DNA of 64,000 nucleotides from a bacterium (lineage in GTDB: Bacteria; Omnitrophota; Gorgyraeia; Zapsychrales; Zapsychraceae). Location: the NCBI GenBank assembly GCA_030429765.1, contig JAUIER010000008.1:83403-147402 (forward strand). The letters run 5' to 3'. Under the pieces are notes generated by a model. The model was not told the DNA's origin and made no database searches. It saw only the letters and a program-made list of their open reading frames with translations. The translations under genes were made by a program, and so were the position numbers. This document shows, in pieces, positions 28,404-40,312 of the stretch. The number at the start of each line of letters is the position of its first letter. Position 1 is the stretch's first letter.

Positions 28404-28999
28404 TGCCTACCAACATACCTTCCTTCATTATCGGCTATCATGGGTGTGATCGAGAATTAGCTGAGAAAGTCATTGCTGGAGAAACACATTTAAGAGTTAG
28501 TAAGAATCGTTATGATTGGCTGGGCAATGGAATATATTTTTGGGAAAATAATCCTTACCGAGCTTTTCAATGGGCTAAGGATCATGTTGGCAAAACAAAT
28601 GCACGGATCAAGAATCCCTACGCAATTGGCGCGGTTATCAATCCGGGTAACTGTCTTGACCTAACGGAGGCCAAGTCGATTGAATTGATCAAACAGACCT
28701 ATTCGACAATATCCGCGATTGCCGATGTGGAAAATTTTGAGTTACCTCGGAACCAGGATGTGGATGGTAGCAGCGATTTCCTAGTCCGTAATCTGGATTG
28801 TTTTGTTATCAATGCTCTGCATGAAATCAGAGAGGAAACAGAAGATCCATTTGATACGGTCCGATCGCCTTTCTTTGAGGGAAATAGATTGTATGAGGGG
28901 TCGGGATTCCGTGAAAAATCCCATGTCCAAATCTGTGTGCGAAGTTCGGCCTCAATTCTGGGGTATTTCAGGATACTTCAGAAGGATGTATTTAAATAA
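28403..28999 (+). CDS. Candidate ADP-ribosyltransferase-fold protein (PARP/diphtheria-toxin-like)
   Basis: IIGYHGC aligns with the PARP WHGS motif; LGNGIYFWEN aligns with PARP FGKGIYFADM, the NAD-binding Tyr loop. The match is motif-level only. Confidence 0.4.
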   Translation: MPTNIPSFIIGYHGCDRELAEKVIAGETHLRVSKNRYDWLGNGIYFWENNPYRAFQWAKDHVGKTNARIKNPYAIGAVINPGNCLDLTEAKSIELIKQTYSTISAIADVENFELPRNQDVDGSSDFLVRNLDCFVINALHEIREETEDPFDTVRSPFFEGNRLYEGSGFREKSHVQICVRSSASILGYFRILQKDVFK

Positions 29000-29017
29000 A
29001 ACCTTGCCCCTTAATCT

Positions 29018-29045
29018 CCAGGGAATAGTGCCAGGTCTTAAAAAT
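29018..29045 (+). repeat. Dispersed intergenic repeat, copy B (degenerate: 3' half only)
   Basis: ccagggaatagtgCCAGGTCTTAAAAA. Confidence 0.45.
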
Positions 29046-29129
29046 AAAGGCGTGGATGCCTACTAAGCTAGGATAATTAAGCGATCTGATTCTACATCTT
29101 GCGGATAGCATAGAGAGGATTTATTTATA

Positions 29130-29927
29130 ATGAAATCAGCTTGGTTAACGGATATACATCTAAATTTTCTTAAAGACAGGCAAGTGAAGGGATTTCTAAA
29201 CGCGCTTGGAAAGGAGTCGGCGGATAATTATCTTATTTCTGGCGACATTGGAGAGGCTGACAGCGTAATTAAGTATTTAAAGCTGCTTGATTCAATCTTA
29301 GATAGACCCGTATATGTAGTTTTGGGTAATCATGATTTTTATAAGGGGTCAATAGAAGTCGTACGAAGCGAGTTGTCTGAGTATGTAAATCATTCCCGCA
29401 ATATTGTCTGGATGAACAAAATAGAGTTTATTGAGCTGACCGATAAGACGGCCTTGATTGGGCATGATTCATGGGCGGACGGTAGGATTGGAGATTTTTA
29501 TGGCAGTATGGTTGAATTAAATGATTTTCATCTAATCGACGAATTGAAATTGAAAGGCAAGGCGGCAAGGATTGAGGCCATGCAAAAATTGGCTGACGAG
29601 GCTGCAGATCACTTTAAACAAAATCTTCCAAAGATATTAAAGCGCTTTCAAAATGTTATTGTGCTTACTCACGTTCCACCTTTTAAAGAAGCGACATGGC
29701 ACGAAGGGAGTACGTCTGGTGATGATTGGCTGCCGTTTTTTTCAAGTCGGATTGTCGGAGATGTTTTGAAGCGTATCATGAATACGCATCCGGATCACAA
29801 CATGACTGTGCTTTGCGGACACACGCATAGTTCGGGTAAGTGTCAAATTTTGCCTAACCTAAAGGTTTTAACGGGAGGGGCAGAATATGGGATACCTGCC
29901 ATACAGCAAATTCTGAACATAACCTAG
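29130..29927 (+). CDS. Calcineurin-like metallophosphoesterase
   Basis: D..H, GD, GNHD and GHTH motifs (LISGDIG, VLGNHDF, CGHTH). Confidence 0.7.
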   Translation: MKSAWLTDIHLNFLKDRQVKGFLNALGKESADNYLISGDIGEADSVIKYLKLLDSILDRPVYVVLGNHDFYKGSIEVVRSELSEYVNHSRNIVWMNKIEFIELTDKTALIGHDSWADGRIGDFYGSMVELNDFHLIDELKLKGKAARIEAMQKLADEAADHFKQNLPKILKRFQNVIVLTHVPPFKEATWHEGSTSGDDWLPFFSSRIVGDVLKRIMNTHPDHNMTVLCGHTHSSGKCQILPNLKVLTGGAEYGIPAIQQILNIT

Positions 29928-29953
29928 AGCGTGCGGTAAGTCTAACCCGCCCC

Positions 29954-29990
29954 CCGGGGCTTTGGGCCCAGGGGTTAGTTGAAGATTGAT
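29954..29990 (+). repeat. Dispersed intergenic repeat, copy C (degenerate), followed by the AGGGCGCTGACCCCT hairpin
   Basis: cccgCCCCCCGGGGCTTTGGGCCCAGGGGTTAG. Confidence 0.5.
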
Positions 29991-30011
29991 TATAGGGCGC
30001 TGACCCCTATT

Positions 30012-33620
<3,609 letters not shown>

Positions 33621-33628
33621 TGGTAGTC

Positions 33629-33670
33629 TCGCAGCGCAATCCCTGGGGATTTGTAACCGAATCTTAAAAA
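33629..33670 (+). repeat. Dispersed intergenic repeat, copy E (degenerate)
   Basis: tcgcagCGCAATCCCTGGGGATTTGTAACCGAATCTTAAAAA. Confidence 0.5.
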
Positions 33671-33965
33671 GCAGGCCGACGCCCAACATAGTTCCTGTCT
33701 ACGCCCTATTCGGAAGTTCTATCATGTCTACCAATCGCTTTGGGGGGTGGGGGTGAGGCCTTTTTTATGGTAAGTAACCTAAAGGTCAAAGGTGAAGCCG
33801 GCGTCTCAGTTTAGATTTAAGTTATTGCTATATAATCATTTATGTATTACAAGTGTCGAATTGCAATCCTTATGATATTGAATAGTAACACTATGATAAC
33901 AAAGTGTATGATTTTGTATCTTTGTGCTAAAATACCCACAATATAATTCAAAAAAGGATTTCAAT

Positions 33966-34799
33966 ATGAGTTCATGGATATTTCAAGGAAACCCTGATAA
34001 ATTTGACGTTGATGAGTATCTCCGAAAAACCGATTATGTGTATTGGAGTGTAACATGGCCTGCGCATCAGAAACAAATGGCTATCGGGGATAAGGTATTT
34101 ATATGGCGGGCTAAAGGTAAAATGAAAGCAGTTTCGGGTTTGGTAGCTTTTGGAAGTATTGCTGAAGAATGTACTGGTAGGGATAAAGTAAAGAAGCCGA
34201 TGAAGATTTATGATTCTTTATGGAATTTAGGTCCGCAGGAAGAAGCGTCAGAAATCAAGGTTGGTGTGCAAATAACAGAAGTACGATTATCACCTGGAAA
34301 AGGTATGGTGACTTTGGATGAAATTTTATGTGACCCAGTTTTAAGTGATATGCAGATAGTCAAGGCTCGACAGGGGTCAAATTTTAGCCTTACTGAGGCT
34401 CAGTATCAAAGATTAGTTGAATTGTGGGGAAGTGTATCTGATGAGCAGATAGAATTTCAGCCAACAGGGTTATCAGTTTTAGAGGGAAAAATTTATTATC
34501 GTATTCATCGTACTAGAGAGCGTGATAGTAATATTGTTAAAAAGGCAAAAGCAGAATTTCTTAAGAAGCATGGATGTTATTTTTGTGAGATATGTAAGTT
34601 AAAGTTAGAAGAAAAATATGGGGATCTAGCTTCTGGTTTTATTGAAGCCCACCACATTAAACCTGTGAATAAAATGAAACTCGGAGATAAAACATCTGTT
34701 GATGATTTAATGATGTTGTGTCCAAATTGTCATAGAATATTACATCGAGGTGATCCAGAAGTTAATTTGGAAAAAATGAAAAATTTATTTAAAGATTAA
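33966..34799 (+). CDS. EVE (PUA-like) domain fused to HNH endonuclease; candidate modification-dependent restriction nuclease
   Basis: N-terminus WIFQGNPDKFDVDEYL...WSVTW...IGDKVFIW matches the EVE pattern. C-terminus CYFCEIC...HHIKP...CPNCH is a Cys4 HNH motif. Start moved to the ATG at 33966, which has a Shine-Dalgarno. Confidence 0.55.
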   Translation: MSSWIFQGNPDKFDVDEYLRKTDYVYWSVTWPAHQKQMAIGDKVFIWRAKGKMKAVSGLVAFGSIAEECTGRDKVKKPMKIYDSLWNLGPQEEASEIKVGVQITEVRLSPGKGMVTLDEILCDPVLSDMQIVKARQGSNFSLTEAQYQRLVELWGSVSDEQIEFQPTGLSVLEGKIYYRIHRTRERDSNIVKKAKAEFLKKHGCYFCEICKLKLEEKYGDLASGFIEAHHIKPVNKMKLGDKTSVDDLMMLCPNCHRILHRGDPEVNLEKMKNLFKD

Positions 34800-35203
34800 T
34801 GGATCATTTGTCTAAAACAAAAAGAAGTTGGAACATGTCCTTGATTAAATCAAAGGACACAAAGCCGGAAGTTATTGTACGGAGCATCGTCCATAGATTG
34901 GGATTTAGGTTTAGACTTCATAAATCTGGATTACCAGGCAGTCCAGATATAGTTCTTAAGAAATATAAAACAGTTATTTTTGTTCATGGATGTTTTTGGC
35001 ATCAGCATAAAGGCTGCAAAAGATCAAATATCCCAAAGACAAATCAGAAATATTGGATACCAAAGCTTGAAAGAAATTTAGAAAGAGATAGAATAAATAA
35101 AAGAGATTTGAAGAAAGATGGCTGGAAAGTTATTGTTTTATGGGAATGTCAGATGCGAGATCCTGAACGGCTGAAGTTGGATTTAATAAGTAAATTAATA
35201 TAG
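34799..35203 (+). CDS. vsr: Very-short-patch repair endonuclease Vsr
   Basis: DTKPE...GSPDIVL...FVHGCFWHQH Vsr signature; start overlaps the upstream stop as TAATG. Confidence 0.8.
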   Translation: MDHLSKTKRSWNMSLIKSKDTKPEVIVRSIVHRLGFRFRLHKSGLPGSPDIVLKKYKTVIFVHGCFWHQHKGCKRSNIPKTNQKYWIPKLERNLERDRINKRDLKKDGWKVIVLWECQMRDPERLKLDLISKLI

Positions 35204-35293
35204 AATTTGACATACCATACATATGTGTGGTATAAAGTTAATTGTCCCCCAGAAATCGATTCCCTTAACTAAAACTAAAGGAAAGGGGCAATT

Positions 35294-36328
35294 ATGGAAG
35301 ATCATTTTATGGCAAAATCAAACGGTTACACTGTTGGAAGTCTATTCGCAGGAATAGGAGGTGTATGTCAGGGCTTTAAGGATGCAGGCTATGATGTTAA
35401 ATGGGCCAATGAATTCGATAGTAACGCAAATGTGACTTATTCCGAAAACTTTACACATAAGTTAGATCCATCAGATATTCATGATTTAGATCCTTCTAAT
35501 TTTGAATCAGTAGATGTAATCACTTCTGGTTTTCCGTGTCAGGCTTTTTCTATCGCGGGTTATCAGCATGGATTTAAAGATGATAGAGGAAATTTATTCT
35601 TTGAGACTATGCGTTTCATAAATACTCTTAAGCCTAGAGCATTCTTATTAGAAAATGTAAAGAATTTGGTTTCTCATGATAAAGGTAGAACTTTTGAGAT
35701 TATTAAAGAAACGGTATTAGATAGCGGGTATTCTTTTGTTCCGAAAGTTTTAAATTCAATGGAATATGGAAATGTTCCGCAGACAAGAGAACGAATTTAT
35801 ATTGTTGGATTCCGAAATGAGTTCGACGATAACTCTGTTGATTTTCAATGGCCTAAAAAGATTAAGTTAGGTAAGTCAATTAGGGATGTTCTTGAAAGTT
35901 CTAAAGTAGATGATAAATATTACTACAAGAAAAGCTGTCATTTTTACAAGGAATTAAAAGCTGGAATGAAGTCACGAGATACCGTTTACCAGTGGAGAAG
36001 GGTCTATTTAAGAGAAAATAAAAGTAATGTCTGTCCAACTTTAACTGCAAACATGGGAACAGGTGGTCATAATGTTCCATTAATCTTAGATGATTATGGT
36101 ATTAGAAAATTAACTCCCAGAGAATGCGCTCGATTACAAGGGTTTAAGGAAAGTTATAAAATACCACATGAAAAGGTTTGTAATTCTCAACTGTATAAGC
36201 AGTTTGGAAATTCTGTAAGTGTTCCTGTGATTCGAAGAATAGCGAATCAAATACAGTCTCATTTAGATTTAAATGATGATGTCAAGAAGGTGGCTGTTGC
36301 AAAAGAGCTAGAGTTAGCAACGGTATAA
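35294..36328 (+). CDS. DNA cytosine-5 methyltransferase
   Basis: Motif I FAGIGG; motif IV GFPCQAFS; motif VI ENVKNL. Confidence 0.85.
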   Translation: MEDHFMAKSNGYTVGSLFAGIGGVCQGFKDAGYDVKWANEFDSNANVTYSENFTHKLDPSDIHDLDPSNFESVDVITSGFPCQAFSIAGYQHGFKDDRGNLFFETMRFINTLKPRAFLLENVKNLVSHDKGRTFEIIKETVLDSGYSFVPKVLNSMEYGNVPQTRERIYIVGFRNEFDDNSVDFQWPKKIKLGKSIRDVLESSKVDDKYYYKKSCHFYKELKAGMKSRDTVYQWRRVYLRENKSNVCPTLTANMGTGGHNVPLILDDYGIRKLTPRECARLQGFKESYKIPHEKVCNSQLYKQFGNSVSVPVIRRIANQIQSHLDLNDDVKKVAVAKELELATV

Positions 36329-36339
36329 TTTTATATTGA

Positions 36340-36378
36340 TTTAATTTAGGGCTGATACTTAACGGTGTCAGCCCTTTT
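36340..36378 (+). terminator. Intrinsic terminator after the methyltransferase gene
   Basis: GGGCTGAtacttaacggtgTCAGCCC followed by TTTTTA. Confidence 0.6.
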
Positions 36379-36418
36379 TATTTACCCTTTGTAATTAAGG
36401 TAATTATTGTTAATATAT

Positions 36419-37309
36419 ATGGAAGATAATGAAGGGCAAATATATATGACAATTGATAAGAATCAAGTTAAAAAGCTGAACAAAAAAGCTTCAAGTGTGC
36501 CAAAAGACTTTAAAGATGAGGTCACTAAGCAATTCAATATTGATATTGAGCAGGAAGCTATACAGATACAATTAGTTAAAGAGCTTGAAGATTATAATTA
36601 TGTGAAGAATAAAATTGTGAAAATAGCTGATAAATACGGCTATTACAAGGCTGATCTCCAAAAGTTTTATGACAATTATTTCTTCCGGCAAGTTTCTAAG
36701 AATATTAACTTTGACAGTGTTAATTCAGACATAATTAAAAATCTTGAGAAAGATTCTTCTATAAATTCAAATGAGTTATCATTTATTAAGTCAAAACTAA
36801 AAAATATCCTTAATAAGTCGCTATTTTTAGCGTCTATTGACGGGTTTTCAACAAATATATTGCATGTTGAATCAGGTGTAATGACCGCTAATGCTGGCGA
36901 TAGTGCTCAGTTTTTATTTTTAGGCAGAGCAATTTTAGCGGGATTTAATTGTTCTAACGTTGATGTTCGTTCTAGTAGATATGATGCAATTATTGATTTG
37001 GATGGTAAGCTATTAAAAATTCAAGTGAAAGGGATTTCTACTGGAGGAAGTATAAGTTTTAAAGATAGAGACAGAGGAGGTCAGGGGATAGATCATACTC
37101 ATCCAAGAAATGTTGGAAAAAGAATAACTAGTAAAGACTGTGATATTTTTGTAGCAGTAGATAAGCAAGTAGGTCTTTGTTATCTTGTGCCTATGGAAGA
37201 ATTTGCTGACCCATTATCCGATGATCAAGCGAAAAGTGTGAGCTTAAGTAAAGTGGAACAATACAAAGAAAATTGGGATATTATTAAGAAAGTTGCAGAT
37301 AGTATGTGA
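36419..37309 (+). CDS. Putative type II restriction endonuclease (PD-(D/E)XK-like), cognate to the adjacent C5-methyltransferase
   Basis: Position directly after the methyltransferase; YDAIIDLDGKLLKIQVKG resembles a D..D..(E/Q)xK core. The first ATG at 36419 is preferred over the tool's TTG at 36407. Confidence 0.4.
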   Translation: MEDNEGQIYMTIDKNQVKKLNKKASSVPKDFKDEVTKQFNIDIEQEAIQIQLVKELEDYNYVKNKIVKIADKYGYYKADLQKFYDNYFFRQVSKNINFDSVNSDIIKNLEKDSSINSNELSFIKSKLKNILNKSLFLASIDGFSTNILHVESGVMTANAGDSAQFLFLGRAILAGFNCSNVDVRSSRYDAIIDLDGKLLKIQVKGISTGGSISFKDRDRGGQGIDHTHPRNVGKRITSKDCDIFVAVDKQVGLCYLVPMEEFADPLSDDQAKSVSLSKVEQYKENWDIIKKVADSM

Positions 37310-37866
37310 TAACATATGTGTAACAAAACAAGCCTGATAACAAGCAAACAGCAGTAAATAACAGCAAGTCAAATCTTCCCTAAGTCCAACCAAGAGTTAA
37401 TATTAGTAAAAACAAGCAAATATCAGCAACGATCATAAACATTCTCATAACCTGAAGGTCTCAGTATACAGATTTACGTATTATTACCGCATGGTATTTT
37501 TAGAGCCATGGGATAGCGGCAAATACGATACCTGACCAGCCGACACCCAACCCCACCCGCCACAAAACCATCTTAAATCTAACCAATTGCACCCCCGCCA
37601 ACCACCGGTAAGTAGGGGATTTATTGTTTTACTGGCTGTTCCGGGGGGGGTGGAGACTTATTCTAACTTAAATCCTCGTTTCTGTTAATGGGGAGCAGTA
37701 TAAATTTGACTATGATCAACAAATTTGGAATGGATACATATACTGCGAAATTCCCCTCGATGTCCGCTTAAGTCCTACCGTGTCATATTGACAAAGCAGG
37801 CTGACCTTTTTAAGCTAATACAAGCTTAATATTTCTAGCCAGATAGCAACTTCAAAGGATGCAGTA

Positions 37867-38505
37867 ATGAAAAAAATTTTTGTAGTTTTAGTGCTTTGTT
37901 TAGTTCCCTCCATGGCTCAAGCCATTATAATTATGCCTGAGGTGAGTGGTACATTTAGGGATGGACCATTTGCGGCGAAAGATGGGGTGCCCGATCAAAC
38001 ATACAATGTTACCACGTCGATTTTTAATACACCTGTCGACGAGTACCGGGCAGTCATTGAATTTGATTTGCTGAATGTATCAGAAAACGTATTAGAAGGT
38101 TACATCCAGTTGAATCGGGATGCTACCTCGGGGCCGTATCCGTTTCAAATTGATGTTTTTACTTATGTAGGTGATGGCTTTCTTTCAAATGACGACTTCA
38201 GTGCGGGAGACAAATACACAACCTTTACGTATGCGGGTTTTGATAGTTCCGTTGTTGATGTGACGTCGGCAATCAATGCGGCATTGGATGATAACTATAA
38301 GTATTTGGGTTTTAATTTTAGGTACGTCGGGCAGTCAGATATCTCGGTTGAGGGTCCATTCATAAGTTACCGCGACAATTTGCTATTTATCAATGAACGA
38401 CCGCCGGAGCCGATATCATATCCTATCCCCGAACCCGCCAGTCTGATCCTTTTCGGCAGCGGAATGGCAGGAGCTTTTCTTCGACGTCGCAAATCATCCC
38501 ATTAA
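37867..38505 (+). CDS. PEP-CTERM-anchored secreted protein (exosortase substrate)
   Basis: Signal peptide; C-terminal PIPEPASLILFGSGMAGAFLRRRK sorting signal. Confidence 0.75.
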   Translation: MKKIFVVLVLCLVPSMAQAIIIMPEVSGTFRDGPFAAKDGVPDQTYNVTTSIFNTPVDEYRAVIEFDLLNVSENVLEGYIQLNRDATSGPYPFQIDVFTYVGDGFLSNDDFSAGDKYTTFTYAGFDSSVVDVTSAINAALDDNYKYLGFNFRYVGQSDISVEGPFISYRDNLLFINERPPEPISYPIPEPASLILFGSGMAGAFLRRRKSSH

Positions 38506-38566
38506 TAGATCCCATATTGTCAACGGCAGGTAAGATACACCCAAGGCCCTGGAACCCATCCAGGGC

Positions 38567-38610
38567 CTTTTTTGTACCCCCGCTCCGCAACCCCCCGGGG
38601 GTTTGGAACC
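38567..38610 (+). repeat. Dispersed intergenic repeat, copy F
   Basis: ccccCGCTCCGCAACCCCCCGGGGGTTTGGAACCAGGTCTTAAA. Confidence 0.75.
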
Positions 38611-38619
38611 AGGTCTTAA

Positions 38620-38645
38620 AGCTTTGTTTTAGGGCGCTGACCCCT
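38620..38645 (+). terminator. Intrinsic terminator hairpin (TAGGG-cgctgac-CCCTA + T tract); a second copy lies at 29992-30010
   Basis: ttAGGGCGCTGACCCCTATTTTTTAT. Confidence 0.5.
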
Positions 38646-38725
38646 ATTTTTTATGCTATGATGAGGGGGTTTTTTGATTTTTTTGAAACTTTTTGGACGG
38701 GATTTTCGTCTAATCCAGTGAATGC

Positions 38726-39289
38726 TTGAGTATGGAAAACATATCCAGAGACACAATTGAAGACGCGGCCCGGGGTGATCTCGCGGCATTTGAGGCCATC
38801 TACCGGGAATGTTCCGGCTATGTGTTCAATGTGGCCTGGCGGATTGTCAACAACCGGGCGGACGCCGAAGAGGTCGTACAGGAGGTATTTCTGGTGATTC
38901 ATCGAAAACTGAAACATTACCGTTTTGAATCCGCGTTTAAGACCTGGGTCTACCGCGTGGCCGCCAACAGCGCCGTCGACTATGTGCGCAAAAGCGCCCG
39001 CACCCGGCCCACGGATGAGTATCGGGCGATGGTGCAGGCCGCGCCGCCCGCCGGACCATCCGGCCAGCCGGCCGATGAACGCCGTATCATCGAAACCACC
39101 CGCCGCGTGTTTGAGCGTCTGCCGGCGGACCAGAAGACCTGTATGGTGCTCCGGCACATCGAAGGCCTGTCCTACAAGGAAATCGCCGACACCCTCGACA
39201 TCAATATCAATACCGTACGAACCCGCTTGAGACGGGCGAGGGAGACCCTGCTCGCGCTCCGGCATGAGGTGCTGCACCATGAACTGTGA
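38726..39289 (+). CDS. ECF-type RNA polymerase sigma factor (sigma-70 family)
   Basis: Region 2 EEVVQEVFLVIHRKL..FKTWVYRVAANSAVDY and a region 4 HTH. Confidence 0.8.
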   Translation: MSMENISRDTIEDAARGDLAAFEAIYRECSGYVFNVAWRIVNNRADAEEVVQEVFLVIHRKLKHYRFESAFKTWVYRVAANSAVDYVRKSARTRPTDEYRAMVQAAPPAGPSGQPADERRIIETTRRVFERLPADQKTCMVLRHIEGLSYKEIADTLDININTVRTRLRRARETLLALRHEVLHHEL

Positions 39290-39806
39290 TCAGATCAAAG
39301 AATTGTTGCTGACGGATTATCTGGATCAGAACCTGTCCGACGAACAGACTCAGGCCGTTGACCGGCATCTGAATGCGTGTCCGGCGTGTCGGGAATTCGC
39401 CGCGAGCGTTGAGACCTATGTGAGCGCACCGTTGGAGAGTCTGGAACGGGGTGCACCGTCCGAGGCGGTGTGGCAGAAGATCCGTACCGAGATCGAGTCT
39501 GAACAGGCCGTGGAGGCTGACGTCGAGACGGCGCCGTCCATGCTGGAGTCATGGAAGGCTTTATTGAAACGGATCCGGCCGGTCTATGCCGGATTGGCGT
39601 TGGTCGCGATCTTGACCTTGAGTATGGTCCGTTTGTACAACCCGTCCGTACCGGTTGCACCGGACGCGGGCATCAGTCCGGACGATCAGGCCCGGCAGAT
39701 TGAATTTATGACCTATTTGACGTCGGAAAACGGCGAGTTAGGCGAGTCGGACAGTGAAGACTATGCCGAAGGGATCGAAGAATATTTTCTGTTATCTATG
39801 AGATAA
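39264..39806 (+). CDS. Zinc-binding (ZAS-type) anti-sigma factor with a TM helix
   Basis: HLNACPACREF motif; overlaps the sigma-gene stop; central TM helix. Confidence 0.6.
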   Translation: MRCCTMNCDQIKELLLTDYLDQNLSDEQTQAVDRHLNACPACREFAASVETYVSAPLESLERGAPSEAVWQKIRTEIESEQAVEADVETAPSMLESWKALLKRIRPVYAGLALVAILTLSMVRLYNPSVPVAPDAGISPDDQARQIEFMTYLTSENGELGESDSEDYAEGIEEYFLLSMR

Positions 39807-39811
39807 GGAGA

Positions 39812-40270
39812 GTGGTGATGAAACCCCGAATGATTGTGATGTTAATCGTCAGCGTGATGTGGCTGGCGGCCCGGCCGAACGCGGTCATGGCCGGCGACCC
39901 GGCCGCGTTGTCCAAAAAACAGATGCGCCAGCAATGGGAGGCGAAAGTACAGGCCATTCACCGTCAGCTGGATCTGAGTCCCGCCCAGGAACAACAGCTC
40001 GAGGCCAACCGCCTCAAGTATCAGGATCAGAAGGAAGAATTGTACGGACAGATCTGCGACACGCGTTCGGAATTAAACGCGGAGTTTCGCAAGGCCGACT
40101 ACGACCGCGAACGGATGAACCAATTGCACGCCCGGATCGTCGAGCTCAAGGAGCTCAAGGAACAATTGCGCTTTGAAAGCCTGCTCGCCGTGCGGAAGAT
40201 CCTGAGCACCGAACAGTTCCAGGAGTTTATGCGCTTAAAGGAAGAACTCAAACCCCGGCATAAAAAATAA
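39812..40270 (+). CDS. Spy/CpxP-family (LTXXQ) periplasmic stress protein
   Basis: Signal peptide plus LSPAQ and LSTEQ motifs in a helical 152-aa protein. Confidence 0.55.
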   Translation: MVMKPRMIVMLIVSVMWLAARPNAVMAGDPAALSKKQMRQQWEAKVQAIHRQLDLSPAQEQQLEANRLKYQDQKEELYGQICDTRSELNAEFRKADYDRERMNQLHARIVELKELKEQLRFESLLAVRKILSTEQFQEFMRLKEELKPRHKK

Positions 40271-40312
40271 CGGCCGGTCCGGCCTCAATCAATTCCCAAA
40301 TAAAGACTTGAT

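Noticed and set aside
38651-39280. 209-aa minus-strand ORF
   Set aside because: It is antisense to the ECF sigma factor gene, which has clear region 2 and region 4 motifs.
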